Shown here piece by piece: positions 32,501 through 36,531 of a stretch of 36,531 nucleotides of DNA. The stretch comes from Nemertoderma westbladi. Its lineage: Eukaryota; Animalia; Xenacoelomorpha. Below the pieces are notes generated by a model, which was not told where the DNA came from, did no database searches, and saw only the letters and a program-made list of their open reading frames with translations. The stretch lies in the NCBI GenBank assembly GCA_032718475.1, contig JAUCBJ010000177.1, forward strand, positions 1 through 36,531. The letters are read 5' to 3'. A program made the position numbers and the translations under genes. Position 1 is the first letter of the stretch; each line of letters begins with the position of its first letter.

Positions 32501-34370
32501 CTCCTACCTTACTCGCAAGGCTATTAATAGTAAGTTTCAGCGCAGTTTCAACTAAATTTATAACTTATTAAGTTATGGTACATTTTGGTTTGTATCGGAT
32601 TAGGGTTGGCATGGGATATCGGCATCCATTGAAGCTGTTATATAAACACTATAAATACAAAAAGAGGCACGAAGAGGTTCGGTAGAAAAGGTCGAAAATA
32701 AGTGACAGACAAACTATTTAAATAATATAGCTATTATAGGTTCACTGTTGAATGACATTACGATAAGATAAGGAACCATTCATTTACGTGCAGTTTAAAA
32801 ACAACACGGCCAACCCATAGACATATGTATATATACGTGTGCATCGTATAAAAAAAAACGAGCAAAAAAAGTGTAATTTTTTTAATAAATAAAGCATATC
32901 AACAAAAAATAGTAGAAACTAAAGGTCTATCAATATAGAAACGGGTTGGTTGGTCTTGGTACCCGTCAGTTGATAGGCCAATTGAGAAGGGGTCATTATT
33001 ATCTTTAATATTTTTTCCTTCCAATTATATATTTACATAAAATTCGGTGTTTGAATCACCAAAAATGCAAAATCTTGTGATTATCCACAGGTCCAATAAA
33101 ATAATTTGATGCTAATAGCACAGAAAGATTTGATAATATAAGATTATTATATCGGAGGTACATTATTGATAACACGTTTCATTGATTAAAGACAACAAAA
33201 TAAATGTAATTTAGTGATACAATATGTTCTAGCTTAGGTGTCATAAGGCCTTAACTAAGTCAAAAATTGCAATTGTTCATGAGAGCCTAAAAAAGATATA
33301 GAGAGATATACGGCCATTCATTCTGCAGTAAAATATTGTCCAATAGGATTATTGGATTTCACTTTACTATACGTAATATTCATCACTTCCCATTGGTTAA
33401 AACTTTACATAGGGCCTTTCGCCTTTCTGCAGTAAAATATTGTCCGCTGGGATATAGGTCTTCACTTTACCACGCAATAATCATAACTTCCTATTGGTTA
33501 AAATGTTCAAAACTTCACCAGCTGATAGAGTATGTCTTAGTGTGGAATTGTATAAAATGGTAAAATCCTACAAAAATCGACTTTGGGCCTTATGACACGA
33601 TGTTAAATACGATTACATTTAAATACCTGATTCATAACAATAATAAACTATTTTAGAAGCTATTTAAATAATACAAATAAAGCGAGATTCAGTTACTGTC
33701 AATAAAACTTGCAACACAAAATAAAAATAGCTGGAAAAATGTCGTAATTTAACGATTAAAATGCGAATTCCCGCGCACCAAATGATCACCTAAACACATT
33801 TAGGATAGATTCACTTCAATAAATAGGTTAGCATGCCGTGCAGGTCGGCCTACCAGAAACTGAAAATATATATTCAGGACATTGAAAGGTATTAAGTTCC
33901 TTATAATAGTGTTTACCTGTGATAAAAATAATAATAATAATGATTAGTGATGGATGGATGATTTAAATAATAACTATATCGGTATAATAATGGATAATCA
34001 AATAATTTATTAATAATTATAATAAATAATAGCATTGCTAGCCCCTAATCATAGCATTGCTATTACTAATGCTAGCATTGATCGCACCCCTTTCCCACTA
34101 TATGTATATAAAATAATATCACTTACTGCTACTATAGCTGCATTGCTGACGGGGTGAGGTCGTATCACAGTCACATGGTCACAGAGATGAGTGAGGTATA
34201 TAATATTAAATAAACAGTTGGTAAAGGAAACTCACGTTCGCATCAACATATCTAGCTGTAATTTTGACTGCAACACACTTCTAGGCCTACCTAAAAACCT
34301 AAAAACAATCTTTCGCAGTAATATTATATACCCAGAACGTAGAATCACAAATTGTCTGAGAGTAAATCGA

Positions 34371-34535
<165 letters not shown>

Positions 34536-35013
34536 TCATCAACATAATATAATATAGCAAAGGGATTTATAGAGGAAAGTGTAGAGAAAAGGAAAAATAC
34601 ACTAAACGATGAGTCTGTTATCTGTAGAAGTAATGACTGAACTTAGAATAATGGTCGAATTAAATATTGAAAGGAGTGAGACAGTTTTTTAGTTTCCTAA
34701 AACATGACCTAAACTAACACTAAATGTGTTCCACCTCAGCATCGAGCTTTTACAGCTATACTAACTAACAGCTTACATTACTTGCCAGAGCGAAACTGAT
34801 AAAAATATGAAAACACTAAATTCACCCAAAAAACCAAATATTACATTATAATTTGATTCACTGAAATTACTTGATGCGTTAAATCCGAAAAGTATTGAAA
34901 AACCAATTTAAGTTACTCACGAAATTAGACGGTTTTAGACTCAAAATCAAAATACCGTAGGTAAAAAGACAAAACTAAAGCAAAGGGCATTCGATAAAAA
35001 AAATTGTTCAGGT

Positions 35014-35300
35014 GCACACATCTCCAACCAGACTCTATATAACATTGGAGGTGTCTCATTGGTTCCCCCAAGCTTGACACTAGAACAAAGCCGCCTCCGC
35101 TTTGCAGGACATTGGTTTCGCCGTGAGGACCAGCCAGTGCATAATCTTGTACTTTGGCAGCCTCATGGAGTGAATAAGCATGGTGGACAGCCCATGACTT
35201 TCTTGAGACGCATCTTAAAGGACACTGGCCTTGAAGATGCGGATGATCTAGCAAATGTCATGGGTGATAGGGAGTTGTGGCGGCGCAATTTTGTCGACAA
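35014..35300 (+). mobile_element. 3' end of an RTE-clade LINE inside the PAK intron
   Basis: HISNQTLY...RLRFAGHWFR...LVLWQP...DTGL...MGDRELWR. Confidence 0.8.
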
Positions 35301-35832
35301 GCCGCACGCACAGCATTCTTAAAAATGCAGCTGCACTGCAGCATGCCGATAGTAGTAGTAGTAGATGTCCATGAAAAATGTCCTTAATTGCGTTTAGTAA
35401 ATTTTCTTTATTTAAGTTGGTGGCAATGGCACCATCAAATACCCTTTCTTTCTTTCTTTAAGTATATTTCCTCCTTTACATGATTTTACACAAATGTACT
35501 TTTGCCTTTTACCGACGATATAAGCAAGAATACTTTTTAATGTTCAATGAAGGCATCAGTACTGAAATCGCTTTTCTAAAATATTTGTGAAATAGACTTA
35601 AATTGCAATTTTATGTTAATCATTCGGCGCGTGTACATTATGTAAAGCATATCTTAAGTCAAAAACAAGGCGTGAAAGACGCCTTAATATGTAACAACAA
35701 ATTAGAAGTTTAAAAAAACACTCAACTTTGAAATTTGTTGTAACATCTGATACATTTTCAATAATGACCGAAAGTAGAAGTAAGTGGGTTCATATAGCTA
35801 TAAATTTATTTAAACTTTATGAACTCAACTCA

Positions 35833-36060
<228 letters not shown>

Positions 36061-36139
36061 CTAGACGAGGTTAATATAGTTTATTTTATTGTTTTACTAA
36101 TAATAATTAAATCATTTACATTTGCTACTTGATAGACTG

Positions 36140-36531
36140 AATAGACTGATAAACTTGCTTGGGCAGCCACCAAACATCGAGGTCAGCCCTACGAAGGAAA
36201 ATATATGACAAGACACTACCTATAGAAACAGGGAACTTCACACCTGCCGAACTCCAAAGAAGCATTAAAAGCATGTCCAATAATAAAGCGAGTGGATTAG
36301 ATGAAATCCCAGCGGAGGTATGGAAAACCGGAGTGCTAAACAGACCATTATTGAATGTTTGCAACCGGATGTTAAAAGGGGAAAAGCCACCACCAATTTG
36401 GACTAAAGGTCAACTAAAGCCTCTCCCCAAGAAAGGAGACCTCGGCATACCAACAAACTATCGTGGGATCTGTCTGCTTGTGGTAGCTGCCAAAATATAC
36501 AATAAAATGATTCTATATAGGATTAGGCCTC
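36140..36531 (+). mobile_element. RTE-clade LINE ORF fragment (region upstream of and into RT), running off the window
   Basis: NNKASGLDEIPAEVWK...PLPKKGDLGIPTNYRGICLL..AAKIYNKMIL. Confidence 0.88.

Overview
AT-rich genomic DNA from an invertebrate animal, dense in repeats. The left ~10 kb holds a BEL/Pao LTR-retrotransposon pol (RT, RNase H, integrase), broken by one frameshifting lesion. It is followed on the same strand by ~1.4 kb of densely stacked RNA hairpins. After these comes a large intronless accessory module (1137 aa plus a 309 aa ORF in the +1 frame) encoding a WRN/EXD/RNase D-like DEDDy 3'-5' exonuclease, CCHC zinc knuckles and a basic NLS-like tail. Similar PPT+TGTA motifs sit directly after pol and directly after this module. 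That cassette is the best candidate for a novel system. Host genes are an intronless CANT1-family apyrase (- strand), the last two coding exons of a group II PAK kinase (- strand), and three candidate exons of an unidentified - strand gene with an RFX X-box upstream. The rest is nested TIR/MITE elements, tRNA-derived SINEs, LINE fragments (RTE, L2/CR1) and four minisatellites. All calls come from motif reading by eye; no searches or folding programs were run.
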